IMG/VR virus record: IMGVR_UViG_3300005529_000001
Location: 62,001 to 126,000 of that record
Length of the DNA stretch: 64,000 nucleotides
Direction: 5' to 3' (one strand)
How positions within the stretch are numbered: the first letter of the stretch is position 1; each line of letters starts with the position of its first letter. The notes under the pieces are model-generated. The model worked only from the letters and a program-made list of their open reading frames with translations. It had not been told where the DNA came from and did no database searches. Below, one piece after another: positions 16,789 to 23,891 of this stretch. The translations under genes and the position numbers were made by a program.

Positions 16789-17436
16789 TTACTTCAGGAA
16801 GATGTGGTTCTCCGAGATGAGTCGGTTGTACACCTCCAGACGGGACTCCTTGTACTGGTCGTCGAGTCTCGAGATCCTCCCGTAGTGGAGGAGACAATGA
16901 CACTCCGACTTCGGAACACCCATCCCGACGAGGACCTCGGTCTGGGTCTTCTCCCACTCCTTCTCCTCGTTCATCATCCGGAGGACGATCTTCCAGTTCG
17001 GGTCGTCGGTGTCCTTGTAGTCGGGGTGACGATCGAAGAGACCCTTGGACATCTCGTCGAACATCTTCTCGAGGGTCGACCGGAGGGTCCCCAACTTGAC
17101 GGGGTCGGTCTTCTTGTTCTGGGCGAGGTAGAGGACACCCGTCCAGTCCTTGATCTCCTCGTTGACGACACGAGGAGAATCTTCCTCCCCACACTCCCGG
17201 AGATGGGTCATCGAGTTGAGGACGCTCTCGGCGACCTCGGGGGTGACGTTGAAGATCTTCACCACCTGGTCCTTGACGACCTGACGGTTCTTCTCTTCGT
17301 CCTTCTTGTCCAGGTACGACCCCCACTCTGGGAGTTCGTATTCCACACTCCGGACTGTGACTTCGTCATCGTGTCGGTACGCTTCGTACACTGTCCAGAC
17401 GATGTCTTTGACGGCCGAGCGGGTGAGACGCTTCAT
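16789..17436 (-). CDS. 215-aa charged protein, GC-dinucleotide-depleted gene
   Basis: leadered promoter with GGAGG SD; 7 GC dinucleotides in 648 nt; 4 Ala. Confidence 0.85.
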   Translation of the reverse strand: MKRLTRSAVKDIVWTVYEAYRHDDEVTVRSVEYELPEWGSYLDKKDEEKNRQVVKDQVVKIFNVTPEVAESVLNSMTHLRECGEEDSPRVVNEEIKDWTGVLYLAQNKKTDPVKLGTLRSTLEKMFDEMSKGLFDRHPDYKDTDDPNWKIVLRMMNEEKEWEKTQTEVLVGMGVPKSECHCLLHYGRISRLDDQYKESRLEVYNRLISENHIFLK

Positions 17437-17479
17437 GTGTCCTCCAGTCAGACCAGTCTACCACGACTGGCGTGATCTT

Positions 17480-17794
17480 TCACCGTCTCTCGACGACTTC
17501 CAGCGTCAGCATGCGACCGAGCTGCGGATTGAAGGCGCGGAACGCGCCGCGCTTGCCGTCGCTGTCTCGCTCCTCGACCCACAGGGTGAGGACGGGCTCC
17601 TTCCACTTCTGGGTGAAGTAGATGCCCCTGAACTTTCCGGTGAAGTGGCGAGGGTTGATACCCTCGCTCACCGAACGAGCGGCTTCCTGCCGTGCCTGTG
17701 GGCCGGGACGCCTGCCCGCGAGGTAGGAGACGAAGACGGTGGAGTTGAGTGGGACGTCCTTCAACGCTGCGACCATCTGCTTGCCGTTGACCAT
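17480..17794 (-). CDS. hypothetical protein (possible SH3/WYL-like fold)
   Basis: cassette promoter; C-terminal FRAFN motif. Confidence 0.7.
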   Translation of the reverse strand: MVNGKQMVAALKDVPLNSTVFVSYLAGRRPGPQARQEAARSVSEGINPRHFTGKFRGIYFTQKWKEPVLTLWVEERDSDGKRGAFRAFNPQLGRMLTLEVVERR

Positions 17795-17833
17795 AGAAGC
17801 AGTGTACCACAGATCAGTAGTGAGTTACACTTA

Positions 17834-18022
17834 AACGCCGACGGGGACCGAAGTCCCCGCAGCGTACAGTTTGGGTATTCCCGACTAGGTCTGCGCGCTC
17901 CGCGCTGCCCGTTCCGTGTAGCCTCCGTCAAAGGATCGCATCGATGATCTTTCTCGTTGTGGGTGTCTCTACTCTCAGGTGGGTCGAGTTCCTCGTCAAC
18001 GCTGGTGATGCAAGTCCTAGAC
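17834..18022 (-). ncRNA. candidate structured RNA ending in a cUUCGg terminator-like hairpin
   Basis: ~190 nt without a credible ORF; CGGGGAC-TTCG-GTCCCCG hairpin then TTT; CTAGG...CCTAG outer pairing. Confidence 0.35.
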
Positions 18023-18052
18023 CATGGTGACCTCCGTGTTGCGTTCCACACC

Positions 18053-18553
18053 CTACATGGTGAACATGACCGCGTGGGCTCCCGGCTTCCCGGGATCGAC
18101 CTTCAGCAAGCGCTTGCACGCCTTGCCGATGCGTTCGATGTCACTCGCGTGCTTGGTGATGTCCTTGAGCGAGGCGAACTCGTCCTTGGTCGAGACCTTC
18201 AGCGACTCGAGGCAGACGTAGATGCCGCAGCCGTTGTAGAAGTCACCGATCACCTGGACGGAGCAATCCAGCGCCTCCTGGAGCGCCTCGATGATCCAGT
18301 CCTCGGGGCACCAGTTCTCGGGGTCGAAGCCGTCAGCGCACGGTCCCTCGTACGTCTTGCCGCAGATGACGACGTCGTATGACTCCTCTTCGTCGATCAC
18401 CACCTCGGGGATCTCGAACTTCTTGCCGGTCTTGGGGTCGAACCTGTCTTCCTTGTGCGACTTCTGCGGGTGACGCTGCAACAGCTTCTGGAAGAAGCTC
18501 TGTAGCGGGATGACATAACCGATGACGAGTTCTGCGCTGCGGTCGACGCTCAT
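18053..18553 (-). CDS. hypothetical protein
   Basis: leadered promoter, GGAG SD. Confidence 0.75.
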   Translation of the reverse strand: MSVDRSAELVIGYVIPLQSFFQKLLQRHPQKSHKEDRFDPKTGKKFEIPEVVIDEEESYDVVICGKTYEGPCADGFDPENWCPEDWIIEALQEALDCSVQVIGDFYNGCGIYVCLESLKVSTKDEFASLKDITKHASDIERIGKACKRLLKVDPGKPGAHAVMFTM

Positions 18554-18610
18554 GGTTTCTCTCCGGTGTAGACTGAATCTACCACGATCACCCGTGAGTT
18601 TTCACTCCCG

Positions 18611-18874
18611 TCAATCGATGTCCACGCGGATCATCGGGTTGTCAGCGTGTTTCTCGAGCCAATCCGCTGCTTTGCGCAGCTCCTTGGCAAACGCGGCAGG
18701 CGTGGATCGCCACTTCAGCTCGTGACTGGGACCGTCGTCAGCGAGATCCGCCTCGGAGTGTGGGTTTGTGCAGTCGGAGGCCCTACACTTGCAGAACCCG
18801 CCTTTCGGCGGCGGGGGTTCAGCACAGAAATACATCCCGTTGTGGGCATCGAACTCGAGCCGGCCGCGCTTCAC
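18611..18874 (-). CDS. hypothetical Cys-containing protein
   Basis: GTGA-coupled to 18871-19203. Confidence 0.6.
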   Translation of the reverse strand: MKRGRLEFDAHNGMYFCAEPPPPKGGFCKCRASDCTNPHSEADLADDGPSHELKWRSTPAAFAKELRKAADWLEKHADNPMIRVDID

Positions 18875-19203
18875 GATCCCACCGACCAGTAGTAGATCTT
18901 CTTGCGCATCCCTGTCACGTTGAAGCGCTTGCCCAGGTACTGGTCGAGGCGTTGGTAGCCCTCGACGACCGTCTCGGCGTTGCCTCGGTTCATGTCCTGT
19001 TCGAGGACGCGGATGTCTTCCTGGATGGACTCGACACTCCGGATGAGGCCGGCGACGACGTCCTTCGGACAAGCGACCTCTCGGAGGAGGTCCTTGATGT
19101 CACGCCTGGGGTCGCCGAAGCAGTTTCCGGGATTGGCAGCGTCACCGAGCATCTCTTCGAGCTCGTCGGCTTGGTTGATCGTCAGCGTGGTCTTCTTGGC
19201 CAT
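18871..19203 (-). CDS. hypothetical protein
   Basis: leadered promoter, AGGAGG SD. Confidence 0.75.
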   Translation of the reverse strand: MAKKTTLTINQADELEEMLGDAANPGNCFGDPRRDIKDLLREVACPKDVVAGLIRSVESIQEDIRVLEQDMNRGNAETVVEGYQRLDQYLGKRFNVTGMRKKIYYWSVGS

Positions 19204-19252
19204 GGGGTGGTGCCTCCTGATAGGGCGACTCTACCACAGTCGCCACGATCTT

Positions 19253-19576
19253 TCACAGCGACCAGGGAGGCGCCGCGGGCAGGCCCACGCGCGCACGCTC
19301 TGCGTCCAGCCTGGCTTTGTCCTCCCGCGCCGTCACCTCTTCGATGTCGCAGGGCACCGTGGTGAAGGTGTGATCGAACTCCGGCATGGGCGGGAAGTCC
19401 TCGTTGGCAAAGCCGAGGCGACAGATCGCCCGCTCGGTGAGGTCCATGAACCGGTCGTCCTTCGTCGTCATGGCGATGGTCATCTTGCCCTTCTGCCCAC
19501 GACGGTAGCGCTCGACAACGTCGAGCTGGACCTGGATGATCGCTGCGGCGACGAACTTGGCGATGATGTTGTCCAT
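19253..19576 (-). CDS. hypothetical protein
   Basis: cassette promoter + ORF. Confidence 0.7.
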   Translation of the reverse strand: MDNIIAKFVAAAIIQVQLDVVERYRRGQKGKMTIAMTTKDDRFMDLTERAICRLGFANEDFPPMPEFDHTFTTVPCDIEEVTAREDKARLDAERARVGLPAAPPWSL

Positions 19577-19611
19577 GAGCAGAATGTACCTCAGATCGTG
19601 ACCGAGTTACA

Positions 19612-19857
19612 CTAGATGCGGAACGAACGGACGCTCTTGACGCCGTTGCGGTCGCCGACCTTCGCCAACACCTGGATGGGTTTGGCAGCGACGGCGATGG
19701 CCTCGTACTGCCTGTAACCGTAGCCGAAAGCTGAGTGAGCGGCGTCTTCCCCGAACGTCTGCCGGAGGAAGGTGATGAGGGGCGTGTGGAACCTCGGCTC
19801 GGTGACGATGACGACAGCCATGAACCGCTTGTCGTGGAGGTCGGGTCGGGCGCTCAT
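19612..19857 (-). CDS. hypothetical protein
   Basis: ATGA-coupled to 19854-20075. Confidence 0.65.
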   Translation of the reverse strand: MSARPDLHDKRFMAVVIVTEPRFHTPLITFLRQTFGEDAAHSAFGYGYRQYEAIAVAAKPIQVLAKVGDRNGVKSVRSFRI

Positions 19858-20075
19858 GCGTAGCTGTAGGGCTTGGCGGTGACGACGATGGCCCAGCGAT
19901 CGCCCTTCTCCCAGTTGACGGTGATGCTGGTCCCGTTCGCGAGCTCGACGGTCACGTCGCCGCTCGTGGTGTCCACCTTGGTGATGGTGCCAATGTCCCC
20001 ACGTTTGCAATGGGGACAGAGCTGGAACATGATCCGTTTGCCTTCGAGCGACTTGGAGGGGAGCCTGTTTGCCAT
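19854..20075 (-). CDS. small beta-barrel protein (DUF4314-like)
   Basis: GDIGTITKVD...V.V...NG pattern; cassette promoter. Confidence 0.6.
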   Translation of the reverse strand: MANRLPSKSLEGKRIMFQLCPHCKRGDIGTITKVDTTSGDVTVELANGTSITVNWEKGDRWAIVVTAKPYSYA

Positions 20076-20107
20076 GGTCCCAGTCTACCACGCTCGCGCC
20101 GGTTCTG

Positions 20108-20359
20108 TCACTCCCAGTGGGAAGCGAGCAGCGCGTCAGTGTTGGGGAACAGGCCCTGCAACTCTTCCGGCACCTGCCCCTCGTCGCCACCACACACCAG
20201 CTCCTCGCACTCTTTCTCGGTCGGGTAGCGCTCCGCGATCTCATAGTCGAGCTGGAGCGCCTCGCTGATGTCAGCGGGCAGGATGTGGACGAGGCTGTCG
20301 CTGAACGCCCAGTGCCGGATCGACTCGGTCGCAGCGTTGATGGTCAGGGGTGTGTCCAT
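20108..20359 (-). CDS. acidic hypothetical protein
   Basis: cassette promoter + ORF. Confidence 0.75.
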   Translation of the reverse strand: MDTPLTINAATESIRHWAFSDSLVHILPADISEALQLDYEIAERYPTEKECEELVCGGDEGQVPEELQGLFPNTDALLASHWE

Positions 20360-20411
20360 GTTGCTACACTACCACGATCCCTCGCGAGCTTGCACCCGCG
20401 CCTGCGCTCTC

Positions 20412-20687
20412 TCAGAGCTCTTCGTACGTCAGTGAAGCCGGGCACGGCATCCAACCGTCGTCAATGTCGAAGAAGTACCCGGGCTGATCGGTGGGCTGAG
20501 TGTTGCCGTCGCGGACCAGGCGAGTGATGAGGCACGGCACCCAGCCGCCGGGGGTCTTCACCTCGCCCCACGGCTTGTCGGGGAACTGCATGCTGCCCAG
20601 GTCGATCTCGTCATCCATCGCCTGCGCCTCGTCGGGGTACCGCGCGGTGAACTCGCTCTCGGCCAGGCGCTTATACTTGACAGGCAT
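20412..20687 (-). CDS. hypothetical protein
   Basis: cassette promoter + ORF. Confidence 0.75.
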   Translation of the reverse strand: MPVKYKRLAESEFTARYPDEAQAMDDEIDLGSMQFPDKPWGEVKTPGGWVPCLITRLVRDGNTQPTDQPGYFFDIDDGWMPCPASLTYEEL

Positions 20688-20709
20688 GACCAGACCTTAC
20701 CACGGAACG

Positions 20710-20940
20710 CTAGCGAGTTTCACCGGGTGCCAGGCACAGGATCTCCTCGCGGTTGACACGCGCTTTCTCGCCATCGCTGACGAAGTAACCCAGGCACGCG
20801 CGGCCGATGCAGCTGGGGACGCAGCCGAAGCCGCCGGTGCACATGAAGGTGCGTTCCTCGTCAGTCCCCTTGTAGTAGCGGGGGTCGAGGATGACTTTCT
20901 TGTTGGTGAGGTCGACGCCGGGGACGCTGGTGTTCGCCAT
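20710..20940 (-). CDS. hypothetical protein (GGFGC motif)
   Basis: GGAGG SD. Confidence 0.7.
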   Translation of the reverse strand: MANTSVPGVDLTNKKVILDPRYYKGTDEERTFMCTGGFGCVPSCIGRACLGYFVSDGEKARVNREEILCLAPGETR

Positions 20941-20957
20941 CTTGGTTCCTCCAACGC

Positions 20958-20996
20958 GGAAAGCCCGGACCCCCGTCTCAAGGGATCCGGGCCCTC
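20958..20996 (-). terminator. terminator-like hairpin
   Basis: GGGCCCGGATCCC-loop-GGGGGTCCGGGC-TTT. Confidence 0.55.
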
Positions 20997-21010
20997 CGGG
21001 TGGGAAGCCG

Positions 21011-21394
21011 TCAGCGACCGATGCCGAGGAGCGAGGCGATGCGCCCGTCCTTGAGCGCCTCCAGCTCCTTGGCCAGGATGGTGTCCATCTTGGCGCGGTC
21101 CATGCCGAGGTCGAGGCCGTGGCGCTTGCACAGGCTGTCGAGGAGGCCGCCGAGCTCGTGAGCCGTCGACTCCGTCGGGGTCATCTCCCGGTACACCGGG
21201 TCGACGATGAAGTGACCGTGCTCGACGTCGGGGTTCGAGTCGAGGAAGGCCGCCAGGCGCCGGAAGCAGTCACCGCGGGGGACGGGCTTGGGCGCGACGC
21301 TGGTGGTGAAGTTGTTGCCGTTGGCATCGGTGTCGACGAAGTACTCGCCGATCTCATTGATGACGACGTAGCCGGTGATCTCGTTGGTCTTCAT
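21011..21394 (-). CDS. hypothetical protein (MKTNEITG...), nested in frame in 21011-21835
   Basis: own promoter GTGCAA-N18-TATACT and GGAGG SD. Confidence 0.7.
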   Translation of the reverse strand: MKTNEITGYVVINEIGEYFVDTDANGNNFTTSVAPKPVPRGDCFRRLAAFLDSNPDVEHGHFIVDPVYREMTPTESTAHELGGLLDSLCKRHGLDLGMDRAKMDTILAKELEALKDGRIASLLGIGR

Positions 21395-21835
21395 GGGGTG
21401 GTTGCCTCCAGTGGAACCAGTATAACCCGGTTCGCTCGTGTCTTGCACCCGCGCTTGCGCTTCCTGGTTCAGGACGCCCTTGAGGCTGCGCCAGACGCCG
21501 CTGTCGTCACCGAAGCAGGAGAACACCATCCAGCTGCCCTCGGCGGTCAGCAGGTAGGCGTAGTCAACAGGACCCGCACCGATGTCGTCTTCGTAGTCCT
21601 GGACGCAGTCGACGATCACGCTGGGATCAGCGCAACCAGCGAGGGGCTTGGGACTGTAGGGCGGCACCAGGCTGACACAGCGCATGTCCCCGAAGTCAGC
21701 GACCCTCGCCGCCTGCTCGGAACTCATGCAGAGGAGCAGCTTGCCGACAGAGCGGGGGAAACCGTCGCTGTGGCAGTACGAGTAGGTGACCATGCCGTTG
21801 GGCGCTTCGACACCGATGTAACAGTGGGTTGACAT
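21011..21835 (-). CDS. phage protein (MST..IG...YCH.DG motif) reading in frame into the next cassette
   Basis: cassette promoter; no stop before 21394. Confidence 0.6.
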   Translation of the reverse strand: MSTHCYIGVEAPNGMVTYSYCHSDGFPRSVGKLLLCMSSEQAARVADFGDMRCVSLVPPYSPKPLAGCADPSVIVDCVQDYEDDIGAGPVDYAYLLTAEGSWMVFSCFGDDSGVWRSLKGVLNQEAQARVQDTSEPGYTGSTGGNHPMKTNEITGYVVINEIGEYFVDTDANGNNFTTSVAPKPVPRGDCFRRLAAFLDSNPDVEHGHFIVDPVYREMTPTESTAHELGGLLDSLCKRHGLDLGMDRAKMDTILAKELEALKDGRIASLLGIGR

Positions 21836-21844
21836 GGTCCTAGT

Positions 21845-22132
21845 CTACCACGAACGTGGCAGTCCTTTCACTCTGGCGCGGCTGATCCTCGGGTGGTGCC
21901 AGGGCCTGTTGTGGTGGGGGACATCGTTCCGGTGCCAGAGCCCATCGGAGCCCTTGAAACAATACGTCTCCAGCAGGCCGAGGTAGCCCAGGTTGGTGCC
22001 CCAGTAGGCCCTGCACCGCATCGGCTCGCCCGGGTGGCTCATCTCCCACAGGGCACGCTGGATGTCGGTGTACCGCATCCCGCCACGGTCAGCGATCAGG
22101 TCGAGGACCCTGACGGACTTTGACTGCAGCAT
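21845..22132 (-). CDS. hypothetical protein (possible winged helix)
   Basis: cassette promoter + ORF. Confidence 0.65.
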   Translation of the reverse strand: MLQSKSVRVLDLIADRGGMRYTDIQRALWEMSHPGEPMRCRAYWGTNLGYLGLLETYCFKGSDGLWHRNDVPHHNRPWHHPRISRARVKGLPRSW

Positions 22133-22211
22133 GGTCCCAACCTACCACAAAAAGGATCGCGGGTGCACACCCGCGCCCGCGCCCACGCAATGGCTCATCG
22201 ATGAACCCACA

Positions 22212-22241
22212 GTGCAACCAAGAGTTCATCGATGGTACACT
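22212..22241 (+). promoter_or_regulatory. cassette promoter with no downstream ATG
   Basis: GTGCAA-N18-TACACT. Confidence 0.7.
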
Positions 22242-22247
22242 GGACCC

Positions 22248-22355
22248 AATCCGCTTGAAGCTGGCCTGGAGAGCGAGCCCTGGTCCGGGAGGACGGCGGG
22301 GAGCCACGCAGCCTGCCCAACGGTTGGGCTCCCCAGAAAGCGCTGCCCGTCCACA
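22248..22355 (+). ncRNA. candidate small RNA
   Basis: between two promoters; GGACGG/CCGTCC and GGGGAGCC/GGCTCCCC stems, alternative GCCCAA/TTGGGC hairpin. Confidence 0.45.
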
Positions 22356-22428
22356 CCGTCTGTGCAACCCCCGGTGCTTTCCTGGTAGACTGGGACCATC
22401 AACGCTCCACCACCCCGGAGGAAACACA

Positions 22429-23250
22429 ATGGCTGGCATGAACCTGAAGGTGGCCCGAGGCTTCGCCCTCGGCACCCGCCGATCGACCATCAAGGTCCCA
22501 CCCGAGCTCCGCGTCAAGCACTCGACCGGCATGGACTGGCTCGACGACGTGCTGGGCAGCGAGGGCGGTGTCACCGCCTCGTCTGTCATCATGCTGACGG
22601 GCGGTCCCGGCTGCGGCAAGAGCACCCTGATCCGGCAGCTGGCCAACTCGATGGCCCGCGACGGCTCGACGCTGCTCCCCATCTACAACTGCGGCGAGGA
22701 GAGCCTGTTCCAGGCTGAGCTCGCCAACGAGCGGCTGCAGGTCACCAACGACTTCATGGTCGGTGAGGAGACGGAGCTGCCCAAGCTGCTGACCTTCGCC
22801 GACAACGTGAGGAAGGCCAACCCGAAGAAGGTCGTCACCATCCTGCAAGACAGCCTCCAGACCCTGAACGACATGAAGTACAAGGACGGCGGCACCACGG
22901 GCAACACCCCGGTCCGCTGCGCCGAGGCGCTGGTCAGCTGGTCGCAGGAGAAGGTGGGCAACTTCGGCCACGTCTGGTTCGTCGGCCAGGTGACGAAGGG
23001 CGGCGAGTTCGCCGGCAAGAACGTCATCAAGCACGCGATTGACGTCCACATGCACCTGTTCTACGACGAGGACAAGAAGTCGGCGACCTACGGCATGCTG
23101 CTGGGCGAGGTCCAGAAGAACCGCTGGGGTTGCAACGGCAAGACCTACATCCTCGGCCTGACCAAGACGGGCATCGAGGAGCGCGGCTCCTTCACCAAGG
23201 GCCAGGACTTCGACGTCGACGGCAAGGAAGACGAGGGGGAGGCTGCCTGA
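22429..23250 (+). CDS. RadA/Sms-like RecA-family ATPase (ATPase domain only)
   Basis: Walker A GGPGCGKST, GEES, DSLQT, GQVTKGGEFAG, KNRWG; own promoter and GGAGG SD. Confidence 0.85.
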   Translation: MAGMNLKVARGFALGTRRSTIKVPPELRVKHSTGMDWLDDVLGSEGGVTASSVIMLTGGPGCGKSTLIRQLANSMARDGSTLLPIYNCGEESLFQAELANERLQVTNDFMVGEETELPKLLTFADNVRKANPKKVVTILQDSLQTLNDMKYKDGGTTGNTPVRCAEALVSWSQEKVGNFGHVWFVGQVTKGGEFAGKNVIKHAIDVHMHLFYDEDKKSATYGMLLGEVQKNRWGCNGKTYILGLTKTGIEERGSFTKGQDFDVDGKEDEGEAA

Positions 23251-23510
23251 TGATCAGCATCGTGCAAGTCCAAGCAGCGACTCCTCCCTACGAAGAGGTC
23301 CACGTGCGGATGTCCCGCGCCGAGGCCGTCGCCCTGTTCCACGACCTCAACCGGGTCATGGCGATCCTCGACGACGCTCGCGCGAACGAGGACGACGGCA
23401 TGGTCGGGGACATGGACGGCGCTGACCAAGCCGCCTACGATCACGCCAACGACTTCCTGGCTCTCATCCAGCGCGAGCTGCAGATCGACCCGGAAGATCC
23501 CAGGGACTGA
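23250..23510 (+). CDS. acidic hypothetical protein
   Basis: TGATG coupling to the ATPase gene. Confidence 0.7.
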   Translation: MISIVQVQAATPPYEEVHVRMSRAEAVALFHDLNRVMAILDDARANEDDGMVGDMDGADQAAYDHANDFLALIQRELQIDPEDPRD

Positions 23511-23523
23511 GCACAGACCACTG

Positions 23524-23595
23524 GGCGCATGCGTGGGGGGGCTGGACGAGCCAGGGGTGGTGATGACAGCCCCCCCACGCATGCGCCGCTTTTTT
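23524..23595 (+). terminator. intrinsic terminator with a 21-bp perfect stem
   Basis: GGCGCATGCGTGGGGGGGCTG / CAGCCCCCCCACGCATGCGCC then GCTTTTTT. Confidence 0.8.
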
Positions 23596-23645
23596 CGTCA
23601 CCCGGCTGTGAAAGTCGCTGGTGACTTGTGGTAATTTGGTGGCCC

Positions 23646-23891
23646 ATGGGGGGGACCGCAGCTGCTGGTCGACATGTCCGGCCAGACGGCAACGCCTTCC
23701 GGCTGATCGCGCGCGTACGTGAGCAGATCAGGGGAGAGGCAGCCAGGGCGCAGTTCGTCAGGCAGGCGCTGTACGGGTGCAAGACCTATGACGCGGTGCT
23801 GCGGCTGTGCCTCGAGCACGTGGAGGTGGTCGACCCGTCGGGCTACCTGGCGCAGCACCTGGAGCGGGCGGCGCGGGGCGACGAGCCCTGA
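23646..23891 (+). CDS. small phage protein (DGNAF motif)
   Basis: promoter GTGAAA-N18-TAATTT upstream. Confidence 0.6.
   Translation: MGGTAAAGRHVRPDGNAFRLIARVREQIRGEAARAQFVRQALYGCKTYDAVLRLCLEHVEVVDPSGYLAQHLERAARGDEP

Larger units (their letters stand above)
2274..22170 (-). promoter_or_regulatory. array of ~48 minus-strand sigma70-like early promoters, GTG(A/C)AA-N17/18-TAnnnT
   Basis: Motif read directly upstream of ATGs at 2273, 2808, 3296, 3676, 4204, 4545, 4772, 5105, 5344, 5618, 6036, 6293, 6545, 7006, 7729, 7829, 8116, 8403, 8690, 9141, 9257, 9617, 9861, 10199, 10945, 13067, 13471, 13732, 14269, 14737, 15504, 16040, 16305, 16732, 17794, 19576, 20075, 20359, 20687, 21835 and 22132 (ATG 6-7 nt after -10). 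It also precedes leadered genes at 7335, 11731, 15082, 17436, 18553, 19203 and 21394. Confidence 0.9.

Noticed and set aside
18015-18048. GGAAC...GTCTA as an ECF-sigma promoter for the 17.8-18.0 kb element
   Set aside because: The spacer is 20 nt, longer than the usual 16-17, and this is a single instance.
2274-22170. Regularly spaced repeats as a CRISPR array or integron attC cassette array
   Set aside because: Repeats are degenerate promoter-shaped motifs separated by whole genes. There are no identical repeats with 30-40-nt spacers, no attC-type R/L box palindromes, and no cas or integrase gene in the window.
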